Of a DNA stretch of 64,000 nucleotides, positions 1-10,066 are shown piece by piece (position 1 is the first letter of the stretch; each line of letters opens with the position of its first letter). Both the position numbers and the translations under genes were made by a program. The stretch is taken from contig JAFGOA010000080.1 in assembly GCA_016926735.1 (NCBI GenBank), positions 1 to 64,000 of the forward strand, written 5' to 3'. This DNA is from Promethearchaeota archaeon. Lineage in GTDB: Archaea > Asgardarchaeota > Lokiarchaeia > Sigyniarchaeales > SOKP01. The notes below the pieces were generated by a model. That model was not told the DNA's origin. It did no database searches and saw only the letters and a program-made list of their open reading frames with translations.

Positions 1-684
1 AAAAAAAAAAAAATTTTTGATTCTTTAGGATCAGGTCCTGCAAGAGCCAAAAGTAGAGTTGAAGAAAAATTGTTTAATGAGATTCAATATAGTGATGATT
101 CCAATTGTGCGATAATTTTTTTTGAAACATCCCAACGGCCAAATGAAGAAGTAATGCAAATAATTGCTGATAAATGTAATATTGATGTAAATAAGACATA
201 TGCTTTATATGCTCCAACAGCTAGTTTAACGGGATCAATTCAAATTGCCGCTAGAATTGTTGAAACAGGAATTCATAAATTACATGAAATTGGATTTCCA
301 ATTGATATTATTCAAATTGGATTTGGAACTACATCTGTTGCCCCTGTAGCTAAAAATGATATAGAAGCGATGGGTAGAACAAATGATTCAATAATTGCTG
401 GAGGAATGGTATATTATACAATTTATATTGATGAAGCACAGGAGCCTTCCCTTTTTAAATTAATAGAAAAAGCACCTGCTAACCAATCTTCTAGTTATGG
501 AAAATCTTTTATTGATATTTTTAAGGAAGTAAATTATAATTTCTATGATATAGATCCAGGATTATTTGCTCCAGCGATTTTTAATGTAATAAACATAAAA
601 ACTGGAAATTCAATAACTTCTGGTTCGCTTGATTTAGAATTATTAAAATCTTCTTATCGACTAGATGAACTACACACAATTTAA
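1..684 (+). CDS. mch: Methenyltetrahydromethanopterin cyclohydrolase (5'-truncated by window edge)
   Basis: Frame open from base 1 (KKKKIFDSLGSGPARAKSRVEEKLF...); Mch motifs GSGPARA, APTASLTGSIQIAARIVETG, AMGRTND, FYDIDPGLFAPA. Confidence 0.92.
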   Translation, partial: KKKKIFDSLGSGPARAKSRVEEKLFNEIQYSDDSNCAIIFFETSQRPNEEVMQIIADKCNIDVNKTYALYAPTASLTGSIQIAARIVETGIHKLHEIGFPIDIIQIGFGTTSVAPVAKNDIEAMGRTNDSIIAGGMVYYTIYIDEAQEPSLFKLIEKAPANQSSSYGKSFIDIFKEVNYNFYDIDPGLFAPAIFNVINIKTGNSITSGSLDLELLKSSYRLDELHTI

Positions 685-903
685 AGACTATAGGGATCTA
701 TCAGAACATAATCTCCTATAATGGATTGTTTTTTTTTAAATTCCACTTCATCGCTTTGAGAAGGATTTTCCATTCATAAAGTATCTATATAATACGAAAT
801 TGATTTTCTCCTAAGACTTGATTCATTTCCTTCATAAATGATAATTTTTTCTTGAGCAATAAAGATTAAAAAAATTAAAAATAGAAATCTTTTAAAAATA
901 TTA

Positions 904-2043
904 TTATATATTCGTTAATTCCTCTTGATATTTTAATATTTCATCATATGAAATATCATCATCAAACTTTATTTTTATTTGAATTCCTAAATACGCACAA
1001 GATAGGTTTGCTGCTGCTACAATCTCTGCTTTTTTAAGGGTAACTGAATATTCATCATTTGGATATTCATTTCCATTTGTTGGCAATGAATTTTTTTGAA
1101 ATTGGTTTTCATTGAGTCTAAAAGAACGTTCTGTTTTCATCTTATGAAGTAATGTGGCCATTTTATCAGCTACTAAAAAAGATAAATCATTTTTATTAAT
1201 TAATCTGGCAATATTATTTACATCAAAATAATTTAAACTTTCGAATTTACTTCTCAGATAATTTTTTAGATTTTCTGAATTCCGCTCACATTCAATTTCA
1301 GTCCAATCATGTATTGCTAATCTTCTTCTAAAAAATAATAATTCCCAATCTATTTCTATTTCTTTAAGTAATTCTAAAATTTTATCATCATTAGGTATTT
1401 TAGATTCTAAAACAATATATAATTGAAGACCATAATATTTATGTTCCTGTTGAAGATAAAAACCTCTTTGTTGCATAGACGCAAGAATTTTTAATTTTAG
1501 CGAAAATATATTTTCAGAAAGGTTTTTTCTACCACAACTTAAATAAATAACATTTCCTTCTTCACTGATATAATCACAATCAAGAAATCCTAAGATACTA
1601 TCAGTATTTTCTCCAATAAAATTTATTAATCCAGTTAGAGTAGGTTTCACATCAAATTTAATTAAATCATTTTCATCAATTGTCACATAATCTATTTTAC
1701 TTCCCCCAATTGCTAATTTAATTGAATTTAAAGAAAGTTCCTTCTCATCACCAAAGACCCTCTTTATTGCTTCATTAATAGGAAATACTTCTTCTTCTAA
1801 AATCTTGATATCTGCCATAGATGATTCATAAGGTTCTGGTTCAGTTAAAACTTTATTTAATATTGGGGCTTCTGAAGCATCTACTTCTATTTCATAATTT
1901 TTGGCTAGATCCTTACGGATAACACAATAAGAATGGTTTTTTTTATTATACATTGATAAAGAAGTATTTATATCAATCACTGCTCGAAATTTTTCAGTAA
2001 TTTTGCTTTCAGTCCTGTCTGACTTGGTTCTGCGTCGTCGCAT
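904..2043 (-). CDS. Hypothetical protein (~379 aa, basic N-terminus)
   Basis: Long ORF; ATG at 2043 (MRRRRTKS), track extends to TTG 2052; no family recognised. Confidence 0.7.
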   Translation of the reverse strand: MRRRRTKSDRTESKITEKFRAVIDINTSLSMYNKKNHSYCVIRKDLAKNYEIEVDASEAPILNKVLTEPEPYESSMADIKILEEEVFPINEAIKRVFGDEKELSLNSIKLAIGGSKIDYVTIDENDLIKFDVKPTLTGLINFIGENTDSILGFLDCDYISEEGNVIYLSCGRKNLSENIFSLKLKILASMQQRGFYLQQEHKYYGLQLYIVLESKIPNDDKILELLKEIEIDWELLFFRRRLAIHDWTEIECERNSENLKNYLRSKFESLNYFDVNNIARLINKNDLSFLVADKMATLLHKMKTERSFRLNENQFQKNSLPTNGNEYPNDEYSVTLKKAEIVAAANLSCAYLGIQIKIKFDDDISYDEILKYQEELTNI

Positions 2044-2193
2044 TTTCTTCAAATAATTAACTTTAGTTCTCTATATTTAAATAAAAAACAAACTTTTATA
2101 TTCTTAACTAAACTATATTATAAATTTTCAATATATTAAAATAAAAGAATCTTAATGGAACATCAATGAGTTGTATTAAGGTTAAAAGAAAGA

Positions 2194-2370
2194 TTACAAT
2201 TCATCTTCAAGAAAATAATTTTCTCCTTTTTTAATATATACAATTTCAGAACCAAAATTGTTAAGAACTTTATATTTATCCCCTTGAATTTCTAAAATTT
2301 GTAATGAATAAGGTAATCTTCTTTTATCAATAATGTCTTTTATTATTGCTTTTTCTTCTTTGGGATCCAT
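2194..2370 (-). CDS. Small hypothetical protein (58 aa), not in ORF track
   Basis: Hand-translated ATG 2370 to TAA 2194: MDPKEEKAIIKDIIDKRRLPYSLQILEIQGDKYKVLNNFGSEIVYIKKGENYFLEDEL; protein-like composition, co-oriented with downstream gene. Confidence 0.65.
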   Translation of the reverse strand: MDPKEEKAIIKDIIDKRRLPYSLQILEIQGDKYKVLNNFGSEIVYIKKGENYFLEDEL

Positions 2371-2746
2371 AATATTTAGTTATGTTTACTCAAAAAAAAA
2401 ATTTACCAATTTAGAAAAAGTTCCATATACATGTAACTTTTTTAATTTTCCAAGATAAAAATGTACAAATTTGAATAAAATATTTAATTTTCATAAAATA
2501 TAAGACAAATGAAATTTTAATCTAAAATATTATAGGAATTTATCATTATTCCGAATTTTTAAAATTCGAATAATAGCATTTTAGATTAATTTTAAGATAT
2601 CTTATCCCAAATCATTTGAAAATAAAAAAAGTTTGACTAAGATTATTAAAACAAAATTGAGGTTTTATTAAGATAGAAATATATTTAAACAAATCTATGT
2701 CTAGTTGAATTATATCTCGAAATTCAAAAAATTTTGGTAATTTATT

Positions 2747-3994
2747 ATGGTTAGAGAAAAACTTGAAATTGGCATGTTTTCAAGCATGTATAGCCAGATG
2801 AATGGTTCTGCACATGCAACAAGATTCCTTTGTGAAACAATTGCAGAATTAGGACACAATGTACATGTCTTTGCCCCTCGTATTACATATGATTCTAAAA
2901 AACCAAAAAATCTTCACTTTCATGATTTGGGAGGAGCAAGAGTTGCAAAAAAAACTGGTTTAGTTCTAAGTGCTCCAATACAAAAAATATTTAAATGTGA
3001 TTATAATGATTTAGATATTGCTCATATTCAGACCCATGCTTCAATTGGAGTTTTGGGTGTTAATTGGGCAAAAAAACAAGGAATACCCATGGTGGGATCT
3101 CATCATAGCCCCCTTACCTTTTACACTGCTCAATATGTTCCTATTATTGGAAAATTATTGGTAAAAAATGACCTTATCTGGAAATGGGAACGATTTCTTT
3201 TAGATAAATACGATTTATGTCATACTCCTACAAAGACTAAAAAAGATATGCTTTTGGATTATAAATTTAAAGAACCAATCGTTGCTCTTACCAATGGGAT
3301 TAGAGATTTTTATTTCTCAAATGTAGAAGAGAATGGAATTAAGGAAAAATATAATATAGTGGGTAAAAAGGTATTACTATATGTTTCAAGATTATCTCCT
3401 GAAAAACATCCAATAAGAATCATTAAAACATTTAAAAATATAAAAGAAAAAGTACCTAATGCTCATCTATTGATGGTTGGAAGTGAAGGACCTTCGACTG
3501 AAGCTGTAAAAAAAATCGTAGATAATAATAAATATAAAGATTTTGTTTCATTCGCTGGAAGAGTCCCATTCGAAGATTTATTACGTTTATATAAAACTGC
3601 TGATGTTAGTTGTTTATGGTCTCTAATTGAAGCTGAAGGATTAGTCCTATTAGAAGCAATGGCTCAAGGAACACCTAGTGTTGGTACAAACGCAAGTGGG
3701 ATTGCAAATATAATAAGACATGGAGAAACTGGATATTTAGCAGATAACTTAAAACAATTTGAGGATTATGTTGTTAAATTATTAAAAGATGACGATCTTC
3801 GAAAAGAGTTTGGAAAAAATGCAAGGAATATTGCTGAAAATTATAGACTTAAAGAAATAGCAAAAATTTGGATTAAATTATATAAATTTACTCTTGAAGA
3901 ATTATATCCTTTACGATATTATAGAAAAGAAAGAAAAAAAAGAGTTGAATTAGTAAAAGAATTTGTAAAAGACCTCCCTAACGTATATTTTTAA
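2747..3994 (+). CDS. Glycosyltransferase family 4 (GT-B)
   Basis: GHNVHVFAP, YVSRLSPEK, EAEGLVLLEAMAQGTPSV GT4 signature. Confidence 0.9.
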   Translation: MVREKLEIGMFSSMYSQMNGSAHATRFLCETIAELGHNVHVFAPRITYDSKKPKNLHFHDLGGARVAKKTGLVLSAPIQKIFKCDYNDLDIAHIQTHASIGVLGVNWAKKQGIPMVGSHHSPLTFYTAQYVPIIGKLLVKNDLIWKWERFLLDKYDLCHTPTKTKKDMLLDYKFKEPIVALTNGIRDFYFSNVEENGIKEKYNIVGKKVLLYVSRLSPEKHPIRIIKTFKNIKEKVPNAHLLMVGSEGPSTEAVKKIVDNNKYKDFVSFAGRVPFEDLLRLYKTADVSCLWSLIEAEGLVLLEAMAQGTPSVGTNASGIANIIRHGETGYLADNLKQFEDYVVKLLKDDDLRKEFGKNARNIAENYRLKEIAKIWIKLYKFTLEELYPLRYYRKERKKRVELVKEFVKDLPNVYF

Positions 3995-4009
3995 AATAAT
4001 ACTATGTAG

Positions 4010-4798
4010 TTAGAAATTATTTATTTCTCTAATTTTTATTAATTTTTGATAACATTTATCACAAAATCTAATTGATTTATTATCTATTCCTTCAATCTCT
4101 CTTGAGAATGTCATAACACATAAATTATTATCACAATGTTCTGGTCCTATGATAAGGTGACCAAGTTCATGAGTAGTTTCTTTTATTAAACGAAGCTCTA
4201 AAATAGTTTTATTTTTAGCCCTATTATAATATTCTTCTTTTAATTTAAGTGAAGATACAACACAGCAATTATGTCTTATATGAGCCTCACCAAAAAGGAA
4301 AATGATATTACTATTATTGCTTGAGTAAAGAGGTAAATCTGTTACTGCTAATATCATATCAAGATTGTTTGACTTAGCAAGATCTATTAGTAGTTGGTAT
4401 ATTTTATTTGTTGGATGTAATTCTAATAACTCTGTTGTGTTTTCTATCTCTTTTAATTCTCTTTTAATTCCTTTATTAAAGACCTCTTTAGGAAATTTAT
4501 ATCGTCCTAAATTATATATATTAAAGAAAAAGGAATCAAATTTTTGTTCTATATTATATTGAATTTTTTGAATTAGGTTTAGATTAAATTTACCTATAGA
4601 AACTATTCCTAAATGACATGGTAAAGAGATATTTAATAACGAAGGTTTAACTAATTCAAAATCTTCTTTTGTTGATATTCCAAACTTGAAAACATAATTT
4701 TTAAATTGATATAATTTCCTCTTTAATTTTACACGACTTTTTCGTATTTTTTTTTCATATTTTTGTATTTTTTTTTGTAAACTCTTATATCTTGCCAT
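4010..4798 (-). CDS. amzA: Archaemetzincin family Zn-metalloprotease with basic N-terminal extension
   Basis: HELGHLIIGPEHC..C VM..S....D.K...FC..C, the archaemetzincin HExxH plus Cys4 pattern; FLFGEA. Confidence 0.85.
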   Translation of the reverse strand: MARYKSLQKKIQKYEKKIRKSRVKLKRKLYQFKNYVFKFGISTKEDFELVKPSLLNISLPCHLGIVSIGKFNLNLIQKIQYNIEQKFDSFFFNIYNLGRYKFPKEVFNKGIKRELKEIENTTELLELHPTNKIYQLLIDLAKSNNLDMILAVTDLPLYSSNNSNIIFLFGEAHIRHNCCVVSSLKLKEEYYNRAKNKTILELRLIKETTHELGHLIIGPEHCDNNLCVMTFSREIEGIDNKSIRFCDKCYQKLIKIREINNF

Positions 4799-5033
4799 CT
4801 TGAGAGAATTAATTTAATTCTTATATTCTAAATAGAAAAATCATTTCAATAATAAAAATACTTAATTTATATTATTAAATTTTTAAGTATAAATAAAAAT
4901 ATAATCTTATTAATTAAGGTTTTAATTGAATAATCCATTTATAAGGATTAAAGCTTGATTAATATTATTTTCAATTATATGGTGTATTATTATTACAGAT
5001 AGAAATGAAAAAAAGGATAATAATTCTGAAAAA

Positions 5034-6020
5034 ATGGAATCTGAAATAGATCAAAAAGAAATAATTACAAAAGAACCAGTTCCCCATTTCTTTCCAACAT
5101 TTAGAATAAAAAGAAATCTTTATTCTCTTCCTATTATAACGGCTGTTGTATGTTCAGCAATATTAGCTTATATTGCAAGTTACTTTCCAGATCTGAAAGG
5201 TTCAGGAGCATATATCCCTGAAGATGATCTAGGAATCGTAGCAGGACTTATTAATGGTATCCTTTTTACTGGTTTTGCTGTATTCTTTGCGTTTATAATT
5301 ATATATTTGGTTAAAAAAAAGGGAATTAATGTTTTAAAATATATTTTTGGAGCAAGTATGGGATTTATCTGTTTCTTTTTGACATGGTTGTTTGGAGATA
5401 TGATTTTATCTCTTATAATTTATGGAGGATTGTTCGCTGAATCAGAAACTCTTAATTTAATATATATCATACTTTATATAATTCTTCTTATAACCTATGC
5501 TATATTCAGTTTGGAATTAATCTATAAATATTTTACAACAGAATCCCTGTTTATCAAGAATTTCACAATTCTTTATGTAAGTGTTTTAACTGGGGCTATG
5601 CTTGGTGCATCTATGCCTTATTGGACTACGTTTGCTATATTAATTGGAATTTCCTTATGGGATTTATTTGCTGTCCTTACAAAAAAAGGACCAATTAAAC
5701 AAATGATAGATTTGATGTCTGAAAGTAAAAGTGAAGAATTAGATAGTCAAATAAAAAAAGGAGAAGCAGAATATGATACGTCAAAATTAGAAATTGGGAT
5801 TGGAGATTTTGCTTTTTATAGTATGTTGACATCTGCAGCATTAGTAATTACAGGAAATATATATGTTATGATTTTTTCCGCAATTGCGATTATTATAGGA
5901 ACTGGAATTACAATACAAGGATTAAAAAGAAATAAAATTTTACCTGGACTTCCGATTTCAATTTTTCTTGGTATAGGAACTTTATTAATTTCTTGGGCAA
6001 TTATTGAATTTCTAATATAA
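5034..6020 (+). CDS. Presenilin-family (A22, GxGD) intramembrane aspartyl protease
   Basis: Multiple TM segments; SLWDLFAVL..KGPIK (YD-type motif), IGIGDFAFYS (GxGD), LPGLPISI (PAL-equivalent). Confidence 0.9.
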   Translation: MESEIDQKEIITKEPVPHFFPTFRIKRNLYSLPIITAVVCSAILAYIASYFPDLKGSGAYIPEDDLGIVAGLINGILFTGFAVFFAFIIIYLVKKKGINVLKYIFGASMGFICFFLTWLFGDMILSLIIYGGLFAESETLNLIYIILYIILLITYAIFSLELIYKYFTTESLFIKNFTILYVSVLTGAMLGASMPYWTTFAILIGISLWDLFAVLTKKGPIKQMIDLMSESKSEELDSQIKKGEAEYDTSKLEIGIGDFAFYSMLTSAALVITGNIYVMIFSAIAIIIGTGITIQGLKRNKILPGLPISIFLGIGTLLISWAIIEFLI

Positions 6021-6066
6021 CCTTTATTTACAAAAATAATTTTATTAGTTATTATAAAAGTTGAAA

Positions 6067-6381
6067 ATGAAACAAAAAATTAAAGATTGGAGTGAATTAA
6101 ATATTTCTAATAAAAATAATCATCTTACACCAGGATTTAAAAAAATAATTGAGTATATGAATTATAAATTGGAAAAAAATACTCCTATTGATATTGCAAA
6201 AATAGTTGATGATACTAATCTTTCTTGGACATATGTAAAAAAAAATCTTGAATATATAAAAAAAAAAAATTATTCTGGTTTTAATTTTGAAAAATTAGGT
6301 AATAGTTGGATAGTGTGGAAAACTAGAGATAAGATTATCGCAAAACTTAATAATACTTGTGGTAAATTAATTAAAGACTGA
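6067..6381 (+). CDS. Small putative winged-helix protein
   Basis: PIDIAKIVDDTNLSWTYVKKNL HTH-like segment followed by a beta-hairpin wing (FEKLGNSWIVW). Confidence 0.55.
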   Translation: MKQKIKDWSELNISNKNNHLTPGFKKIIEYMNYKLEKNTPIDIAKIVDDTNLSWTYVKKNLEYIKKKNYSGFNFEKLGNSWIVWKTRDKIIAKLNNTCGKLIKD

Positions 6382-6474
6382 TTAATATTTAAAATAAGAA
6401 AAATGAAATCTAAAATATTTTATATATTTTAGTGCTATTTATGTAAAATTTTTGAAAATTGTTTTAAAAAAATT

Positions 6475-7398
6475 TTATAAATTTTTACTTATATCTTTGA
6501 CTCTACTCCTTAAAGTCACTTCTGTTATACCAGCGATTTCTGAAATTTCTGCTTGTGTCTTTCTGCAATTTGAATTCTTGGCTGCCATATATAATACTGA
6601 AGCAGCGAAACCTTTTGGATCTTTCCCAATTCTATTAAGCCCTCCCTTACTGGAGTTATTTAATAGATTTAAAGCTTCTTTCTGGGTTTCTAAAGGTAAT
6701 TCTAAATCATTTCCAAATCTAAACACTAATTGTTCTGCTGTAATTGGACGATATTTCAAATTTAAATCTGGCAAAATCTCCTTTACAATCATTCCAAGAG
6801 AACGAATAATTGTATGTCTTGATGTCATTGAACTATCACTTACTTCCTCAAGCAATCTTGGAAATTCATGTACTCTGATTGCAGCATATAAACAAGCTCC
6901 AATAAATCCATCAATGGATCTACCCATTGTTAATTTTCTTTTTGCTACCTCAGAATAAACTCTCCAAGCAGTTTCTTCGATATATTCTGGAATATTTAAT
7001 TTTGAAACAAGCATTTTTAATTTTGGTTTTGCTTCCCAGAAATTTCTTTCAATACTGGATACTAAGGATTGTTGAATTTTAGATAATCTTGAGAATAGTG
7101 TTTTTTCTTTTGCTCCCATTCTATTTCCTTTTGAATCAACTTTATCATTTGGTAAAATAGTTCTTGGGCCAAATCCTCTCCATCGTGGTTCAGTTCTTCT
7201 TCTCTTTTCAACTTCTTCTGCAGTATAAGCTCTTCTTTCATTACCTACAATGTCTCTTCCTATTACCATACCGCAATTTATACATACAGAATCTCCATTT
7301 CTATTTTCAATGTTTGGACTACCACAGCAATTGTCTTCTCTTTGTTCAGACAAATCCTTCTTTTTGACGCGGAGTCGATTCCTATAATCTATCGACAT
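6475..7398 (-). CDS. tfb: Transcription initiation factor IIB
   Basis: N-terminal Zn ribbon (CCGS...VCINCG), two cyclin repeats (GRSIDG, GKDPKGFAA), TQAEISEIAGITEVTLRSR HTH; AAGGAG upstream. Confidence 0.95.
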   Translation of the reverse strand: MSIDYRNRLRVKKKDLSEQREDNCCGSPNIENRNGDSVCINCGMVIGRDIVGNERRAYTAEEVEKRRRTEPRWRGFGPRTILPNDKVDSKGNRMGAKEKTLFSRLSKIQQSLVSSIERNFWEAKPKLKMLVSKLNIPEYIEETAWRVYSEVAKRKLTMGRSIDGFIGACLYAAIRVHEFPRLLEEVSDSSMTSRHTIIRSLGMIVKEILPDLNLKYRPITAEQLVFRFGNDLELPLETQKEALNLLNNSSKGGLNRIGKDPKGFAASVLYMAAKNSNCRKTQAEISEIAGITEVTLRSRVKDISKNL

Positions 7399-7883
7399 AT
7401 TTTTTACTCCTTTATATATTTTTTTTCTCGAACTATATATTTTTTTGGTTAAATTTTAATTATTTGAAAAATAAGAAATACTTACTTTTCTATTACAAGA
7501 GATTTCCTAAGAATATCTCCATTGATTTTTTCTATCAAACTCATAAGTTATTAGTAAACTTTAAGCTAGAACTACGGAGATTATGAAAATCTTCCTTTTT
7601 ATTCTTTATCGTTATAAAATATACTACAAATAATCCAAAACCAAAAAAGCGGGGAAATTTTTCCCACAATCCTTATCCAATGATTTTGGGTGCAGTTTTT
7701 CAAACAATAATGATATTAAGATATATTTAAACTTGTCAATATATAAATATTCTCTATATAATCTATATATATTTTTTAGAAAAAATAAATATATTAAAAA
7801 ATAAAAAATTTCTACATTTCAATTTACTAGATATTATTCTAAAATAATTAAATTAAATAAAATGTATAATATTAATATGTATA

Positions 7884-8384
7884 ATGTCTAGTGAGATATA
7901 TTTTAGACCTATAGAAAATAAAGATTTGAAATTTATTTCAGAAGTATACAATTATTTTATTTTAAAATCAACTGCAACATACCACATAAAAATATTAACT
8001 GAAAAAGAGATCAGAGATTATTTCATGTTATTTGATCCTTTAATAGATGGATTCATTGTATCCTTAGGAAAAGAAGATGCTGGTTTTTGCTTAATTAAAC
8101 CTTATAATAAAAAAAAAGGAGGATATTTTCGTACCTATGAAATAACTATATATATAAAAAATCAGTATCAAAAAAAGGGGATTGGTAAAAAAGCAATAGA
8201 ATATTTAGAAATTATAGCAAAAATCAAAAATATACATGTTATTATTGCTGGAATTTGCACTGAAAATATATCAAGTATAAGACTTTTTGAAAGATGTGGA
8301 TATATAAAATGTGGATTTTTTAAAGAAGTTGGTTATAAATTTGATAGGATACTCGATAATGTATATTATCAAAAAATATTTTAG
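7884..8384 (+). CDS. GNAT N-acetyltransferase (phosphinothricin acetyltransferase/YncA-like)
   Basis: QKKGIGK acetyl-CoA motif, ENISSIRLFERCGY, EVGYKFDR. Confidence 0.85.
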   Translation: MSSEIYFRPIENKDLKFISEVYNYFILKSTATYHIKILTEKEIRDYFMLFDPLIDGFIVSLGKEDAGFCLIKPYNKKKGGYFRTYEITIYIKNQYQKKGIGKKAIEYLEIIAKIKNIHVIIAGICTENISSIRLFERCGYIKCGFFKEVGYKFDRILDNVYYQKIF

Positions 8385-8508
8385 TTAATAGATTTAGATT
8401 TTTTTAATCAAATCATTTAAAAAAACAATTTAAGTCCATAGTGTGAAATCTCAAACTTAAATTAATAGAAATCATTTTACATTATGATATTACAGAGGTA
8501 TCTATAAT

Positions 8509-9450
8509 ATGAAAGTAGAAAAAAGTTCTCAAGATTTAGAATCTGAAGTTATATATGCAGGATTATGTATTCATTGCGGAAGTTGTAATGCTTTTTGTCC
8601 CCATATGGATTTTAATAAAGAAACTGGGGAAGCATTTGTAGTTGATGAATGTGCTGAAACTGTTGGGTTATGTTATAATGCTTGTCCTCGTACGTTTTTA
8701 CCAATTAATAAAATTGAAAAAAAAATTTTTGGTGAAAATCGTATTGATTTAGGGCTTGGAGTTTATAAAGATATTATACAAGTTAAATCAAATAATTCTG
8801 ATGATGTACTCTATAATCTTGTTAAAATTGCTTTTGACGAGAAAATTATAGAATATATTATTTTAGGAGATCAAAAAACTGAAAAACCTCCTTTAGCTTT
8901 CCCAGTTATTATCGATAATCCAAAAGACGCTAAAAATTACATACCAAAATCTACAATAGCAAATGCAGGTCCATTAATCACGGGTATAGGACAAGCTTAT
9001 TTAGAACAAAAAAAAAAAGTAGGGATCATAGCAAATCCATGTCATTTACAGGGTCTTTCTAAGCTTTTAACGTCAGATTTTAATACAGGTGCAAAAGAAA
9101 CAGTATCATTAAAAATTGGTTATGCCTGCTCTTCAGGAGGGATGTCAGGATGTAAATTTTGCATAGATTTCTCTGGAGAATTCTCAGACATATCATATTC
9201 TCCTTGGGGTGCTCCTAAAGGTGAAATAATGCTTATTATTAGGACTGAATTAGGACAGAAAATTGTGGATAAAGCAGTAAGTAAAAAATTGATTGAAATT
9301 ACTGAGAAAAATCCAAATTTAAGCGAAATGAAAAAATTCATTAATAAAAAACGAAAGAAAAATTTGAAAAATCTTATTGGAAATTCAATGATTTCTGTAA
9401 AATATTTAAAATTAAATATTGATCAATTAAAGGATTTTTTAGCTGATTAA
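8509..9450 (+). CDS. Coenzyme F420 hydrogenase/dehydrogenase beta subunit family (FrhB/FdhB-like) with N-terminal ferredoxin
   Basis: LCIHCGSCNAFCP and CYNACPR ferredoxin motifs; ANPCH; GCKFCIDFSGEFSDIS; IIRTELG. Confidence 0.85.
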   Translation: MKVEKSSQDLESEVIYAGLCIHCGSCNAFCPHMDFNKETGEAFVVDECAETVGLCYNACPRTFLPINKIEKKIFGENRIDLGLGVYKDIIQVKSNNSDDVLYNLVKIAFDEKIIEYIILGDQKTEKPPLAFPVIIDNPKDAKNYIPKSTIANAGPLITGIGQAYLEQKKKVGIIANPCHLQGLSKLLTSDFNTGAKETVSLKIGYACSSGGMSGCKFCIDFSGEFSDISYSPWGAPKGEIMLIIRTELGQKIVDKAVSKKLIEITEKNPNLSEMKKFINKKRKKNLKNLIGNSMISVKYLKLNIDQLKDFLAD

Positions 9451-9476
9451 ATCCACTAATTATTTATCTTTTTATT

Positions 9477-9995
9477 TTAATTAGTTTGTTTAAAAAGATT
9501 TATTGCTAGTTCATCAAATAATTCCTTTACATTGTGTCCTGTTTTCGATGATGTTTCAAGAGAAAGTTGAATATTTTTTTTCTTTTTAAAATCATCAATT
9601 TCAGATTTTGTAATTACCTTTTTCTCCTCATCTAAATCATCTTTACATCCAACAAGAATAAAAATTGGATTGTTTTTCTTATCAATAATATCATACCATT
9701 GATTTAAACGCTCAAAAGTCACACGTCTTCCAAAATCATAGCATAATAAACATCCTTTAACTCCTCTCGAATAATTTGGAAGAAAAAATTGAAATCTACG
9801 TTCACCCGCAAAATCCCACAGTTGTAATATTATTTCTTCATCTTCAAAAATAGTCTTGTATGTTGATAAATCTGCTCCTATAGTAATCTTTTGTTCAATA
9901 TATTTCCCTGTGATTAGTCTTTTAACCATTGTGCTTTTTCCAACACCACCATCTCCAACAATACATATTTTAAATAGAAATTTTCGTCTCAACAT
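9477..9995 (-). CDS. Rab/Ras-like small GTPase
   Basis: GDGGVGKST, TIGAD, WDFAGE, GCKDD, ETSSKTG; no C-terminal prenylation Cys. Confidence 0.92.
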   Translation of the reverse strand: MLRRKFLFKICIVGDGGVGKSTMVKRLITGKYIEQKITIGADLSTYKTIFEDEEIILQLWDFAGERRFQFFLPNYSRGVKGCLLCYDFGRRVTFERLNQWYDIIDKKNNPIFILVGCKDDLDEEKKVITKSEIDDFKKKKNIQLSLETSSKTGHNVKELFDELAINLFKQTN

Positions 9996-10066
9996 ACACT
10001 ATTAATTCTATTTTTTAGTTATACTAAAGGGTAGTAATAATACTATACAAAAGATGTATTAAATTA

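Noticed and set aside
681-773. 30-aa minus-strand ORF (MENPSQSDEVEFKKKQSIIGDYVLIDPYSL)
   Set aside because: Too short to support without homology or expression data
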